DNA from: Camelus dromedarius
Taxonomy: Eukaryota
DNA: 64,000 bases
Assembly (NCBI RefSeq): GCF_036321535.1
Contig: NC_087437.1
Location: 42,968,001 to 43,032,000, forward strand
Direction: 5' to 3'
This document shows, piece after piece, positions 1-13,480 of the stretch. Every line of letters starts with the position of its first letter. Positions within the stretch are counted from its first letter, which is position 1. The position numbers and the translations under genes were made by a program. The notes under the pieces are model-generated. The model saw only the letters and a list, made by a program, of their open reading frames with translations, was not told where the DNA came from and did not search any database.

Positions 1-234
1 TTTGCTTTTTTTTCTATTGCCTGGGTAGACTGCCCTAGGAGAACATTGCTAAGATTTATCAGAGAATATTTTGCCTATGTTTTCTTCCAGGAGGTTTATA
101 GTGTCTTGTCTTTTCTGTTTAAGTCTTGAAGCCATTCTGAGTTTATTTCTGCATATGTTGTAAGAGTGTTCTAACTTCGCTGATTTACATGCAGCCGTCC
201 AGCTTTCCCAAACACCACTTGCTGAAGAGACTGG
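1..234 (-). mobile_element. LINE-1 fragment (ORF2 region), continuing left of the window
   Basis: Homologous to about 37830-38055 and 9260-9365 (ttttgcctatgtt..tcc/tctaggag..; gtccagctttccca..caccacttgctgaagagact). Confidence 0.9.
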
Positions 235-950
235 ATAAAAGACAACTTTGAATGCTACCTGGAGACTGAATTGTGGGCAGGCAGACCTAGTGGTAGGAAA
301 GTTGTCACAGCGGTCTTGTGAGAGATGATGGTGGCTTGAACTAGTGTGGAAGTAATGAGAGATATGTGGACTGAATCCGGTTACATGGGAAGTAAAGCCA
401 ATAAGGCTTTATGATTGATTGAATATGGGAAGAGTTGGGGATGATGAAAAAAGAGGAATCAAGGATGATTCCAGGTCTTTGGCTTAAGCAACTAAGTAGA
501 TGAGATTGGCATTTACCAAGAATGAAAGCCTGGAAATAGAAGAACTGTCTGTATTTTTCATTCGTGTTTGGGCAGCTGGGGAATGGCAAGAGTGGAGGGA
601 GTGAAATGTGGGAATTGCAGAATCAAAATAGATGTCTCGGAGGCAAACAAGTAGACATACTATATTAGGGAGATAGTCTAGCAGTCAGTGGTGAATGAAG
701 ACCTGAAATATACATTTAAAAGTCATCATCATATGGATGGTACTTAAAGCTATGAAAAGTACAGTTAAAGAAGAGGACTAAGGATTGAGCCCCTGGCTCT
801 GCCTCATATTGAGAAATCTAAAAAAGGTACAGACAGCATAGGAGAGTGAGAATAAGCTGACAGTGAAGTAGGAGGGAGACCAGGAATGTTTATGACATGA
901 ATGTCCAAAAAAGAAAATGTTTTAGGAAAGGAGTGATATCCGGTGTCCCG
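235..950 (-). mobile_element. LINE-2 remnant
   Basis: Purine-rich L2 hallmarks (gagagatgatggtggcttgaactag; aggaatcaaggatgattccaggtcttt). Confidence 0.7.
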
Positions 951-1249
951 TGGAGCTGTACATACCATCTCCTTTCAGTTTCAGGAAGCTTTTGCTAAAG
1001 TTGATTCTTTTTTCCTCTGTATCATTTGTCTTCTCCTTTGTGTTCGATCCTTCCAATTATCACTTAAGCATGTTCAGATCTTTTGTCTCTTAAAAACAAT
1101 AAGCAAACAGAACCAAAAAACACATATCTCTCCCCAAACTCCAGATCCAGCAACTTCACCACGCCTCAGTATTTCAGTCATTTCTAAGAGCAGTCTAAAC
1201 TCTCTCTTTCCAATTCTTTATCACCCAGACAGTTCTTAATCCACTTAAA

Positions 1250-1700
1250 CTGAGTTGTGATTCTTTTGGAAGTGAGTTGCTAGATGCCCAGCTAAAAGTG
1301 ACTTAAAAATGAGGATTTATGTTTCTGTGTCAGGAGATTTCTAACCATGTTTAGACATTTTTATGCATGTTTAATTCAACAAACAGTGTTGATGCTCTAG
1401 GGTCTTGTCATTCCCCTCATGGTTACAAGGCAGCTAGCTGCAGCAGTTGTAAGGAAGTGTCCTCACATAGGACATGTTTTTATCTATCTCAATGTTTCAC
1501 ATTTCATGGAAGAAAAACCTTTCGAGAAGCCACCAGCAGAGGTCACTTAGATTTCACTGGCCAATACTGGAATACATTTTCTGGCTACAAGGGAGGCATC
1601 TTTAGCCTCAGTGGTGGGAGACAGAAAGAAGAGGCAATGACCACTGGGTGGGCAGCAGAATGCTCTCTGCCACATTACTTCAGTGTTGCTTCCAACAGAT
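1250..1700. mobile_element. Old MaLR (MLT1-type) LTR remnant
   Basis: cctcatggttacaagg..gctgcagc and ttcactggccaatactgg motifs typical of old MLT1. Confidence 0.5.
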
Positions 1701-1869
1701 CCTTCTCCAAAAGAGTTTTCACATTGATTAGTGATAGCAGCTCCATTGCGGTTTTTGGTTTTTACTTCATGTGATCTCCCTCCTTTTTGGAAAAAAAAAA
1801 AAAAAAAAACAAGCAAAAAGCTTCTTCCTTTGAATTCACAAACATCATGCTCTTCTATATTTCTTTCTC

Positions 1870-2420
1870 ATTTGTCTGCGTCTTCTCAGTGGCTTCCCAT
1901 TGTTCTTAGGATAAACCCAAATGCCTACCCTAGCCTACCAGTTCATGTGTGTTTTATGGCTAGATTCCCCTGCTATTCTAACTCTGCCAAAGAGCACACC
2001 GCCTGATGGTATCTGCCCTTCAGCTGCACAGATCTCCTTTCAGACACTTGAACCGTGACCCTGTGCCTTAGGGCTTTCCTACATGCTGTTCAGGCTTTTC
2101 CCCTGGAGTTCTCCCAATCCCTTTATCTAGTTTATGCCTGTCTGTCTTCCAATTTCAGTTCAAAAGTCACTTCATCAGGGAAGTATTTCCTGATTCCCTC
2201 CACCTGACCTGCCTTGTGCTGCCCTCCACTTTCAGTCTTACAGTTTCCTATACTTTTCCTTTGTTGCACTCATCGGTTTCTATATTGATTAGATTACCAA
2301 CGAATGTCTATTAGACTAAACTCATCTTATTGCGGTTATCTGTTTTGTTCAACATCTTATTCTTAATGAGGTAAGCTCATTGCTTACCTCAGTTAAAATA
2401 CAGTTGTTTAATTGGTGGAT
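1870..2420 (+). mobile_element. LINE-2 3' portion
   Basis: cagtggcttcccattgttcttaggataaa; gtcacttcatcagggaag..ttcctga. Confidence 0.7.
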
Positions 2421-3649
2421 AGATGGATTTTAACGTGTCTTGTCAATTAGCTACACTCACAATTCTGATTTTCTCTTTCCACTTTGCTGGGGATTGAACA
2501 CATTCCCAAGTCCTTTCAGGTGAGTGTGTGTGTACACGCATGTGGGTGTGTGAATATCATAGCAAACAGGCTTGACAAGAATGACTAACAATTCCCGTGT
2601 AACCAATGCACAAACTCTGTGACATTTCTTTGGTTACTCAGAAGCCTTACATGCTAATTTTCTGGTTCTTAAGTTTGTTAAGGTATGCAGAGATTGAAAA
2701 AGAGGTGGCATCCAGATAAATGAGATATTATTTCATTTCTTGTTGAAAATAAGATCATGAGAAATTATGGCAAACTTTTCTGTGCTCACATTATTTCCTA
2801 ATAACTGAAATAATCTGAAGAAATTAATATCTGATTGCACTTATAGAAAAAAATTAAAACTATTACCATAACTTTATTTATGATAATTATATCCTATAAT
2901 GTTAAGCCATAAACAGACCTGTTCCAAGAGAGTCCTTATAATAGGTTTGAGTGAGAGGTAAGTCTTAAATAATTTGGAGTTAAACACTGTAATAGCACTT
3001 TTTGTAAGAGTATCATATACAGATCTTTAGCTTATTTAAAAAAGAAATTATAATCAGGGACCTTATTTATAAAGTTGTTATCCAGGGTTATTGGGAATTT
3101 TTTAGCTTTTATTTAAAATAAAAATATTATATGAGATGCAATTATTTTTCTAGCATATGTGGATGAAAACTGGCAATGCCAAATTATATTTTGTAATGAG
3201 AATTCTTAGATATATACCCTACATAGCAATTTTAAAAATCAGTATTTATTGATTAACATATTAACACCTATTTAGAGAGCTACGAACGTAGGCTAGATAC
3301 TGTGGTAATAAGAGTTGATGGCAAATTTCAGAGTTGGAATATGTAATTTTCTAAATCATGTAGGAGTTTTTATGTGTCCCTTTGGACTTACAATAGTGTA
3401 ACTAGGTATTCTTAGTTATTTGTAAAATACTTCTAGAGTAGCTGAAAGCAGGCCAAAAGATAGAAAGAAACAGTATTAAATTTAAAAAGCCAACATGTTT
3501 CATAACCAAGACAACCAGCATGGCTTCCAGAAAATTGTAAACCTTGACTATTTTTTTTCCCCCAAATACTGGCACTCTTTCCTCCTGTAATAGTTCAACT
3601 AGCTACGATTCAACTATTAAAATGTTGGATGTTGTGACTCAAATATTAC

Positions 3650-3697
3650 CTCAGAGCTCAAGAACTCAAGGTATGTTTTATTGATCTTTCTTGGGAA
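3650..3697 (-). pseudogene. Exon remnant 13 (48 nt, phase 0-0): FPRKINKTYLEFLSSE
   Basis: ctactgac branch-like motif, tatttctatccttactag| acceptor and gag|GTAATA donor. Open frame. Confidence 0.55.
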
Positions 3698-5754
3698 CTA
3701 GTAAGGATAGAAATACCAGTCAGTAGAGTTCAGCAATTGATTGGTTTCTTTGCATTTGTACTGTTTGCCAGAAGTTAGATGTAGTCTATATTGCGGAATT
3801 TCTGTTTCCCTGGCCCAGACAAAAGTTGGATCTACAAAGGATAAAGACATTTTAATTTGGTTATAATCAGTTTTTTGGTGTCTATATGACAAGAAAAGAG
3901 AGGTTTTTAGGAATAAATTGTCTTTGGGAATAGGCCTTGGTCCCAGGTGACTCTGATGTTCCCACAATGTAAAAAACCATCTAGGAATTATCTTTCCAGA
4001 CCTAAAGCACAGTTCTGTCCATTGTGCAATCTTACTCAGTTGGGTTTGAAAGGGACTTAGGCTGTTTCCGCAGAGACATCTAGATAGTATCAAACATGAG
4101 GACAATCAGAGAGAAAGACAGGAGTATGAAGAGACAGGAATTTACTCTAGAAATAATTGAGTGCCAGAGAGGTCCATTACAAGCAAGTCAGATACATCTC
4201 CCAGTCAACTCCAAGCAATTAAAACCTATATGAGCTTTGATGTAAGGAAATCAATCAAACAGATTGAACTGTCTATGCATGGCTGAAATCCTTGATTCTG
4301 AATTAAAAGGATGGTAAAGTACCAAATTCAGTTAGAGCTTTTAGTAGCACTTGGGGAATTTTATACGCTAGCCAGCCATATGGTTACCCAGTCCTCTTGG
4401 GAAAATAGAGACTCCTGAGTACACTTGTTCTTCTCACCTCATTTATTTCTGTTTTTATTTTTGAGCTTTTGCATTCGTTGGGCATTGCACTGAGTTTTAC
4501 ATGGACCACATCATTTAATTCTCAAATGCTCAAGATTCTATTATCCTGACCATTATGTAGATGTGCAAACTGAGGCTCTGTTAGAAAAGTTACTAGAAGG
4601 TCACTTCTAAATTCGTATTGCCAAGTCCCTCTTCCCACCTCTACTGCTTCCTCCCCTATTTTTTGTCTTTCCATAGCCAGTCTCCAGCTTAGATAATTAT
4701 GTCTTCAGGGTGACTTTAACCTTTAGCCCTGTTACTGAACTCCCAGATTAAGGCAACAGCCTTCTACTGCTCTCTATACTGTCATTTTCTTTCTGTTTCA
4801 AATTATTTTGTGTGCAGTGGTTATTATTCACCATTTTAATACCTTCCTATACTTCAGTGATTGCCATTTATTATTTTTTCCTTTCCAGATTTTTTTAGGA
4901 GTTGATGACTTAGTATTTCCAAGCAAATTCAAGAAAATATGTTTTTTTTCTCCTGTGGTTTATTTTAACTCCAACAATAGGTCTTCTAACTAGCTATTCT
5001 AATAAAAATCCAAAATCCATCTTTTCTCAGCTTCCTGCATCCATACATCTACCATCATCCCTCACGTCTTCTGTGAAGACTGTTTATAACTCTGGCCATG
5101 CCAAATTGTTTTAGATAAGACAGGCACAATCTCCACCTTGTTTGATCTCTCTGGGATATTTTCTTTGCTCAGTTCTAGCTCTGTGCAGAAACCTGTTGTT
5201 CTCAAACTATGGGCTCAAGATCCTTGAGGAGTGCTAAAATTTCTGCAAGTGATCTGTGTCTCCCTATGTACCTCCAAGCATCGATATTAACTATTCCAAG
5301 TAATTAAAACTCCCCTTTCCCTTTTAAGAATCATCTTGTTCGAAAACATCAGTGGAACATTATTCATCCAAAACAGTTTGAAAACAAATCAATACAGAAT
5401 ATAAATCCAAGTATACTTATTACCAGTTGCATTCAGAAGTTTTCACATCCCATGTTTCCTCCACCCTTCCACCCCCCCCAATTTATCTCCATTTCTTAGT
5501 TCTCTTCAGTACAGATCTATGACTCCTACTGGCCTGTTCCCCTCACGGTATTTTACATTGGGTACATTCAGTTACACATTTCAGCTTTCACCACAGGTGT
5601 TACCATTGCCTAGCATGTTTCTTTGTAGCTTTTCTGCCTCTTAGTGTTCATTTATTATCGTTGTTGTTATTATTATTACCATTGTCATCTTCATCATCAT
5701 TGAATTGACTTAATGACTCACTTCCTTCAAGAAACTATGTTGACTAACTTCAGG

Positions 5755-6224
5755 CAAGCTGTTTTCAAAGTGCAATCTGAGAATCCCTCAAAGTTCCTGA
5801 TATCCTTTCAACTGCATATGTGTGTGTGGACAGGTGTTCTTCTAATACATCAAGCAAAACAACATATCCCAACAAATTGAATACAGAAGCAGATGTGACA
5901 ACCTAGCTGTCTTATGATAACTCCTGCATTAGAAACTTGCAAAAGTGTAAACTAATGCCACGATTCACTTCTCACTGAACAGTTTTAATTTTGACAATAT
6001 TTTACTTTCATAAAATATACATTGTTAACATTGATACGTAATGCATTCATTATTGTTTTTGAAACAGGAAGCAGTAAATATATATTTTGCGTTTTTTCAA
6101 AATTTAATTTATATTATGGTAAATATCCATAGGTTTATATTAAATATACAAAAACTCTTTGGAGTACTTCATAATTTTTAAGAGTCTAAAAAAGTCCAGA
6201 AGACCCGAAATTTGAGAACTGTTG
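5755..6224. mobile_element. hAT-Charlie type DNA transposon remnant
   Basis: Termini ..gttttcaaagtg and tttgagaactgttg. Internal ttgaatacagaagcagatgtga..agctgtctt Charlie transposase-end motif. Confidence 0.65.
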
Positions 6225-6249
6225 TTTGGGCATTAAGAGATAAGGGACA

Positions 6250-6420
6250 GGGGGGCAGGGTATAGCTCAAGTGTTAGAGCACATGCATAGCATGTTTGAA
6301 GTCCTGGGTTCAATCCCCAGTACCTCTTCTAAAAACAAACAAGCAAACAAACCTAAGTACCTTCCCCCACCAAATAAATAAATAAAACATATGCATAAAG
6401 AAAATGTTAAAAATTTAAAA
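6250..6420 (+). mobile_element. tRNA-derived SINE (Vic-1-like, camelid)
   Basis: A box tagctcaagtg, B box ggttcaatcc, A-rich tail. TSD agataagggaca at 6238-6249 and 6421-6432. Confidence 0.92.
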
Positions 6421-7019
6421 AGATAAGGGACATTTTTTATTATTACTTATGAAGCTTATACTCTCTAGCTTCATAAATAATAATAAATATCATTTACTGA
6501 ACTTCTACTATAGAGAGGCATGTTCTGTACATTATCTCTAATCCACATAAGAACTTTGTAAATTAACTTTCTTATTCTAGTTTTACAGATTGTAAACTGA
6601 AGTTTAGAGAAACTAAGGAATCCTCCAGATTCTTCCAGAAATTAAGTGGTAGAGTCAGACTACAGCTTGACCCCAAATCCCTAGTATTTCTCACTGCCTA
6701 ACACTATCTTTCATAAATGCGTATTAGTCCTGAAACCACCTCCCATGGCATGAATTAAAATTCTATACAGAAGGAGTTAAGGACCAAAATGATTATTGTA
6801 TAGATGTCGACATTATTCAGAAGACCTTGATGACAAAGGTTAATCTTCAAATAATACGTTAATCTTTACAACTTTTTTTAAAAATTATTTTGAATTCTGG
6901 GTTGCCTTCTTAGACAGTGGGATACTGGTTTTACAAATCAATACGTTTCAAAGAATGAACACACTTCATTCAGCTTTTCCTAAGGTAAGCTTCTGAAGCT
7001 CAATTCTGTATTAATTCAC

Positions 7020-7089
7020 CTGTAGATGCTTAACTTGATCTGGAAACACTTCATAATTCCATTTCCTGATAATATACTTAGTCGTTTCT
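7020..7089 (-). pseudogene. Exon remnant 12 (70 nt, phase 2-0): ETTKYIIRKWNYEVFPDQVKHLQ
   Basis: tttttaattcctcttcag| acceptor and cag|GTGAAT donor. Open frame. Confidence 0.55.
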
Positions 7090-7965
7090 CTGAAGAGGAA
7101 TTAAAAATTTCAAAGCTATCAGTGCACAATTAAGCTTTGTTCAATTAAGTGGCCTGCTGCCATGCTTGCAGGGTGCAGTGTCCTGCAACTCAGAGAACTG
7201 AAACAGCATCACAGAGGATGCTGACTTTTGTAGACTGAGCCAACCTTGAAGACTAAATGCTGAAGGAAAAAAAAATGAATAATTGGTTTTACTCACTCCT
7301 GAGAACTTGGAGGAAGGAGCACTGCAGGAAAACTAACTCATCTTGTAGGAACCTTACAGAAACTTTGTGTCGGGAAAGATCCTAGTAAATGAGATGTACC
7401 AGGGCATCAGGGAAAAGAGAAAGAGCCCAACCTAGCATACAGAAACACAGGATAGTACATTTAGTTTTAGTCCAATTTGATGTGAAGGCTAGACTTTCAA
7501 ATGGAAATGCCGAAGTAGGCAGTTAGAAATCTCTGACTGAGCTTAGGGAAAGAACAAGGGGGGATTTATAAAAGTGAATGTTTTATAAATGTTTTAGAGG
7601 TGAGAAATGAAACCATACTTCTTTAGAGTGGAAATCACAAAGAAATAAGCCTAAAGAGATGACTGCTAAACATTGTACAAATCCCATGTTAGACTAAAAG
7701 ATGAAGAAAAGGACAAGGTAAAAATGACCAAAGTAAAATATGGTAGAACATGCAGTTACAATATACAAGTGCCTTAAAGTTCTAGTGATAAAGAATTTTC
7801 AGGAAAGAATATGCCATCAACACTAAAATGTTGCAGAGGAGGTGGAATTAAGAGAGGAAAAGAATATTGTGTTTGTTAATGAGAAAGTCATTTGGGGCCT
7901 GTGAATTGTTGGTGTGAAAGCTAGAACTTGTGTCAGTAAACATGAGACTAGAAATAAGATAACAG

Positions 7966-8057
7966 AGTGTAGGGGGCATAGCTCAGTGATAGAACGCGTG
8001 CTCAGTGCGCACCAGGTCGTGGGTTCAATTCCCAGTGCCTCCATTAAGGGGGAAAAT
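7966..8057 (+). mobile_element. tRNA-derived SINE (Vic-1-like), short
   Basis: tagctcagtga and ggttcaattcc boxes. TSD taagataa(c/t)ag at 7955-7965 and 8058-8068. Confidence 0.88.
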
Positions 8058-8127
8058 TAAGATAATAGTTTAAGGAAGTAATGGAAGATAACAGTTACAA
8101 ATAAGGAGATGAAAATAAATAGACAAA

Positions 8128-9365
8128 TTAATTTTTATTGAAGTATATTTGGTTTGTGATATTGTGTTAATTACAGGTGTACAGCAGAGCATACAGCAAA
8201 GTGATATAGCAACCTTCATCTCTAGGTTGTCTGATAAACATATTTTCCGATTCTTTTCCATTATAGGTTATTACAAGATACTGAATGCGGTTCCCTGTGC
8301 TATACAGTAAATCCTTGTTTTTTAATCTATTTTATATATGGTAATGTGTATCTGTGAATCCCATACTCCTAATTTACCCCTCCTCTTCTCTTCCTCTTTG
8401 GTAATCATAAATTTGTTTTCTATGTCTGTGAGTCTTTTTCTGCTTTATAAATAAGTTCATTTGTACTATTTTTAAAATTTTACATGTAAGTGATATTGCA
8501 TAGTATTTGTCTTTGCCTGACTTACTTCGCTTAGTATGATCATCTCTAGGTCCATCCATGTTGCTGCAAATGGCAATATTTCATTCTTTGTCATGGCTGA
8601 ATAGTAGTCCGTGCACATATTTGTTATCCATTTATTAGTTGATGGACACTTGGGTTGCTTCAATATCTTGACAGTTGTGAGTATTGTTGCTAGGAACATT
8701 GGGGTGCATGTATTTTTCCAAATTAATGTTTTCATCTTCTTCAGATATATACCCAGCAGTGGAATTGCTAGGCCATATGGTAGCTCTATTTTTAGTGTTT
8801 GAAAAGCCTAAATACTGTTTTCTATAGCGGCTGCACCAGTTTACATTTCCACCAACAGTTTGGGAGGATTTCCTTTTCTTCACACCCTCTCCAGCATTTA
8901 TTATTTGTAGACTTTTTGATGATGGTTATTCTGACCAGTGTTAGGTAATACTGCATTGTGGTTTGATTTGCATTTCTCTAATAATTAGTGATATTGAGCA
9001 TGTTTTCGTCTGCCTGATGGTCATCTGCATGTCTTCTTTGGAGAAGTATCTGTTTAGGCCTTCTGCCCATTTTTTTGATTGGATTGTTTGTTTTCATGAT
9101 ATTGAGTTGTATGAACTGTCTGTATATTTTAAAAATTAAGCTCTTGTCAGTAGCATCGTTTGCAAATATTTTCTTCCATTCTGTAGATTGTCTTTTTCTT
9201 TTGTTTATAATTTCCTTTGCTGTGCAAAAGCTTCTAAGTTTGATTAGGTTCTATTTGTTTATTTTTGCTTTTATTTCTTTTTCCTTGGGACACTGACCTA
9301 AGAAAATATTGCCATGGTTTATATCAGGTAATGTTTTGCCTATGTTCTCATCTAGGAGTTTTATG
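8128..9365 (-). mobile_element. 5'-truncated LINE-1 3' end (older, frameshifted)
   Basis: ORF2 remnants ([40 protein letters not shown]) plus 3'UTR. Short flanking repeat tagacaa near 8120 and 9368. Confidence 0.93.
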
Positions 9366-9634
9366 ATTAGACAAGGTTTTGTCCTGTCTAGACACCTGGG
9401 CGACTTAAGAGAAAAATTTCTTCATCTCTAGGTTGTCTGATAAACACATAAAACACATACTCTCTGAGCGCCTATGGTATATAGGCACTCTTCTAGGTGC
9501 TTGGAATACACCAGTGAATGTTTTAACACCAAATCTCTACGCTGTGAAGCTAGATATTTTTTTTGACTACTTAACAATCTCCTGGCCCTGGGCTAATTAA
9601 GCACCGTTACAAGAACCATAATGTTGTGTATACG

Positions 9635-9837
9635 CAGTGGTGTGCTGGTAAACTGGCTCACTGGGAAAAAAAAAAGATAAAAAAAAAAAGCCCTGATGTA
9701 ATATTTAAGGGCTTTCTAGGTATAAATATTACATGAGGGCCAGTTTCTAACTACAACATGATACCACTGACATGAGTTGGAAAAGATGTGCAGAATGGCC
9801 TCCTATAAACCAGTACAGCTGCTCCAGCATGGTGGTG
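9635..9837 (-). mobile_element. MER63-like hAT MITE
   Basis: Terminus cagtggtgtgctggtaaa and a degenerate opposite terminus ctccagcatggtggtg. Confidence 0.65.
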
Positions 9838-10199
9838 GCATGTATTGCTTTGTGTTCTTGGTATGTTAACATACCTCTGCCTTTACTTGATTCATCTGTA
9901 CAATTTAGAAAATATTTTGCAGTTATTATGCAGAGGGAGTTTATCATTGAATAGTTTTGGTGGAACCAAATCCAGGAGACGTGCAAGCTATCAAAAAAAG
10001 CACCATAAGTTATAGATCTTTATATGTGAAAACAATTTTAAATTTAGATGTGAAAAACAACAGACAATTAAAAAATAAACTCACAGATGGTAGACAACTT
10101 TTCGAAATACTGTAATAACACCTCACTTATCTAACATCATCAGGGAATGAGCTGTTTCACATAAGTGAATTTTCCTATTCAATAGAACTTACAGATTTA

Positions 10200-10900
10200 A
10201 GCCCTAGCACTTTTTAATTTTAAACAAGTTTATGGGGAAACTTCAAAAATGGATTAGAAAATTCTTTGCCTTCTGTATTTTAATAACATATGCTGTGGAT
10301 TCAAAAATAATGTATGATCATTATGTAACATTTTAAAATAGAGACATATAGAGGATAAAATAAAAATCTATTTCTAATCCCATCACCTAGGGATAATTAA
10401 TATTAACATGTTGGTTTATTTCCTTTCCATCTTCTTAGTTGCATTCATATTTTAACAAGTTGAAATATTTTGTATCTAGCATATGTCACATAAATTTATT
10501 TGTAAGCATTTTACCACATTCTTAACTATTCTTGGAATGCATGATCTTTAAGAGGTACATAATATTTCATCAAACAGATATACTAAAATTACTTAAAATA
10601 TATACATACTGTTAGTAATTTAGGTTGTTTTAATTTTTTCATAATTATAGTGTGCTGCAGTGGAAAATTTTATATATCTCTGTGTACATCTTTGACATTC
10701 CTAATAGTAACTCCTGGAAGTAGATTAATGGGTCAAAAGATAAAGTTACTGTTTTATAGACTTTCAGTGAAATTTGTCAAATTTTGGTAAAATTTGGTTA
10801 AACCTTGACTTCAGAAAAATTACAAAAATTATTACTCCCACAAGAAGTGTATGAGAGTACCCATCCCTTTGTGTTCTTGTTGTATGCAAGTATTGTCATT
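10200..10900 (-). mobile_element. Ancient L1 (L1ME-type) 3' end
   Basis: T-rich. ttaggttgttttt.., ctcccacaagaagtgtatgagagtacc motifs. Confidence 0.65.
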
Positions 10901-11199
10901 TTTGCCATTGTTTTCCAACCACATGCTGCGTGTCATGATGACTCAGACTCACCATCGTTCATGTAAGTGCAATAAATGAGATAATGGCAAGGATAGCACC
11001 CAGTATATTCCCTGGATCACAACCACTGTTTAGTAAACAGCGACATAGGTCACAGCTGTGAGTTCACACAACAAAGACTGGTTTCTCATTCACCTTTCAG
11101 TAGGGGTCAGTGAGGAGTCTGAGCCATATGGTCATTCAGAGATCCAGGCTTCTTCCATCTATTGACTCCACCATCACTTAGGGTGTCAGAATCCTCCTT

Positions 11200-11450
11200 T
11201 TTCTTTAATTTTTCTAGCTTTATTGGGGTATATTGCCACCTAATGTTGTGTAAGTTTAAGGTGTACAGCATGATGATTTGATACACATATATATTGCACA
11301 GTGATAACCATAATAAGGTTAGTTAACACTTTTTTCACCTCACATAATTAGTGTGTGTATGGTGATAAAATTTAAAATTTACTCTCTTAGCAACTTTCAA
11401 GAATACAATATAGTATTGTTAACTATAGTTACTGTACTATGTAGTGCACC
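11200..11450 (-). mobile_element. Old L1 (L1MA/MB-type) extreme 3' end
   Basis: agctttattggggtata..tttaaggtgtacagcatgatgatttgata..tactctcttagcaactttcaa. Confidence 0.75.
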
Positions 11451-12304
11451 TATAGTGAGAGAGTTCAATCAATGCAGTTTCATTTATGGTTGAAAAAACT
11501 GGAAATAAAACTTGTTTTAAATAAATAACTAAAACTTATCCACTGCAACTGAATTAAAAGTTTGTGTGTAATAGGGAAATACACTATGTATTCTGGAACT
11601 TAGGAACTGACCTGATCTGGTGTATGACTAGGGTATGGTACAGAGAGCTACCTCTGGTTCCATAGCTACTGGATGTGTAGTCTTCATCTGGAAGATGTTT
11701 TATAGTATCTGTACTATCTCCATTAAGGTTGTTACGCTTAGGTGAGATCAAGTATTTAGAAGAAATAAAAATGTTACCAAAACTTAAAGCAATACTACTA
11801 TATTAAAGAATATGCTGTTTATACTTTTGTAAGGCATTCAATTTTAATCATATAATTTTCTGTTAGTTTGGATATATTTTACACAGAATTACAATAAGTT
11901 ATTCTTGACATTACAGTAAATAACAAACCTTTAAAATAGTTACTGAAACCTCTCTCCAGAGAAAGCAACTTTGTCAATTTCCAACTAGGCATTTGACCAT
12001 TGTTAGGCCACTGAAACATAGCACTAGCCTCCCGTGTTGTTAATTAGCTCTCTGACTCCCACTTACAGTGATGGTTGCCTCCTCGTCTCTCATGGCCCCT
12101 GGGAAAGCAGTCCCATTGCATAGGCTCTTGTATATTTAGTTGGCTGATCAATATCTCTGTCATTTCAAAATTCTCCTTGGCTTGTAGCACTTGTATTTGT
12201 AACCTTCAGAGATTCAAGAGAATATTCCTAGGGTAGCTGGATTGAAACTGGGATTTGGGGAATGTCTGTAAAGCAGAATTAAGTCCTCAAACTGTTGGCA
12301 TATA

Positions 12305-12339
<35 letters not shown>

Positions 12340-12349
12340 ATAAATATAT

Positions 12350-12850
12350 ATATTTTTAAAGTTAAAAAAAATCCAGTGGCATTTAGTACATTTACAGTGT
12401 TGCACAACCACCACCTCTATCTAGTTCCAAAACATTGTCATTACTCTAAAGTAAAATCCCTTACCTATGAAACAATTTCTCCCCATTCCCCTCCCCCTCA
12501 GGCCCTGGCAACCACCATTCTGATTTCTGTGCTTTTAAAAACTTTTATTTAGAAATAATTTCAAATTTATGAAAAGTTGCAAAATAAAAGTACAAAGGAC
12601 AACTCTATATGCTTTATCCAGATTCACCTACTGTTAACATTTTACCCCGTTTGCCTCTCTCTTTATGTATGATTATTATAATTATATATTAATTATAGAT
12701 ATAGATATAATTATATATTAATTATATATATTTACTTATAGATATAGTAATTATAGATATATTTACTAAGTATATAGATATATTTACTTATATATAATTG
12801 TATCTATGTATATAGATGTAATTATTTTCTGAACCATTTTGAGGGTGACC
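12350..12850 (-). mobile_element. Two adjacent old L1 3'-end fragments (L1MB- and L1MC-like) with a TA-rich expansion
   Basis: gtggcatttagtacatt..gttgcacaaccaccacctctatctagttcc; gaaataatttcaaattta..gattcaccta..gttaacatttt. Confidence 0.7.
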
Positions 12851-13249
12851 CTCAGACACCTGTGTGGTCTGGCAACTTTAGAACTGACTTGCCCTCTTCC
12901 ATAAGCTACCAGGGCTGCATCTAAAGCACAGACATGGCTGTGTATCTCATATGCTCAAAACCCAATGAGAACTCCTTTTTCTGCTATAATCTGCAGACCG
13001 CTTTGTAGGGCATTTAGTGTACTCCACACTCTGCCTTCAACCTACTGACCACCTCTTTTGCCACTATTTCCTTATCTTTCATCAGATCCACCCATACTGA
13101 ATGCTTCTGATTGCCTGTGTCTGGGAATTTCTACTTTCAGATACATCCATCTCTTTATCTCCTTGCCAAATTTATCGGTGGCTCAGCTTAAATGCATATT
13201 TTGTTATGGCTTCTCTGACCTCTTTCCCCACCCTCACCCCTGACACACA

Positions 13250-13480
13250 TAGCACTTATGGCATAGGGACTAAGAGCATGGATTTCTTTGGTTGATTCCT
13301 GGCTCTGTCACTTTTTAGCCATGTGATTTTGGTAAATTTCCTTGTCTTTTCTCCTGCTGTTTACCTGTTAAAGTGATAATAATAGTACCCACCTCCTAAA
13401 GCTGTTAATAGAATTAAATGAGATCATGTTCCTAAGTACCTGAAACAGTATGGAAAATAGTAAGCAGTCAGTAACACGTT
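13250..13480 (+). mobile_element. MIR SINE
   Basis: tcctggctctgtcact..agccatgtgattttgg; ataataatagtacccacctc..aattaaatgagat core. Confidence 0.75.
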
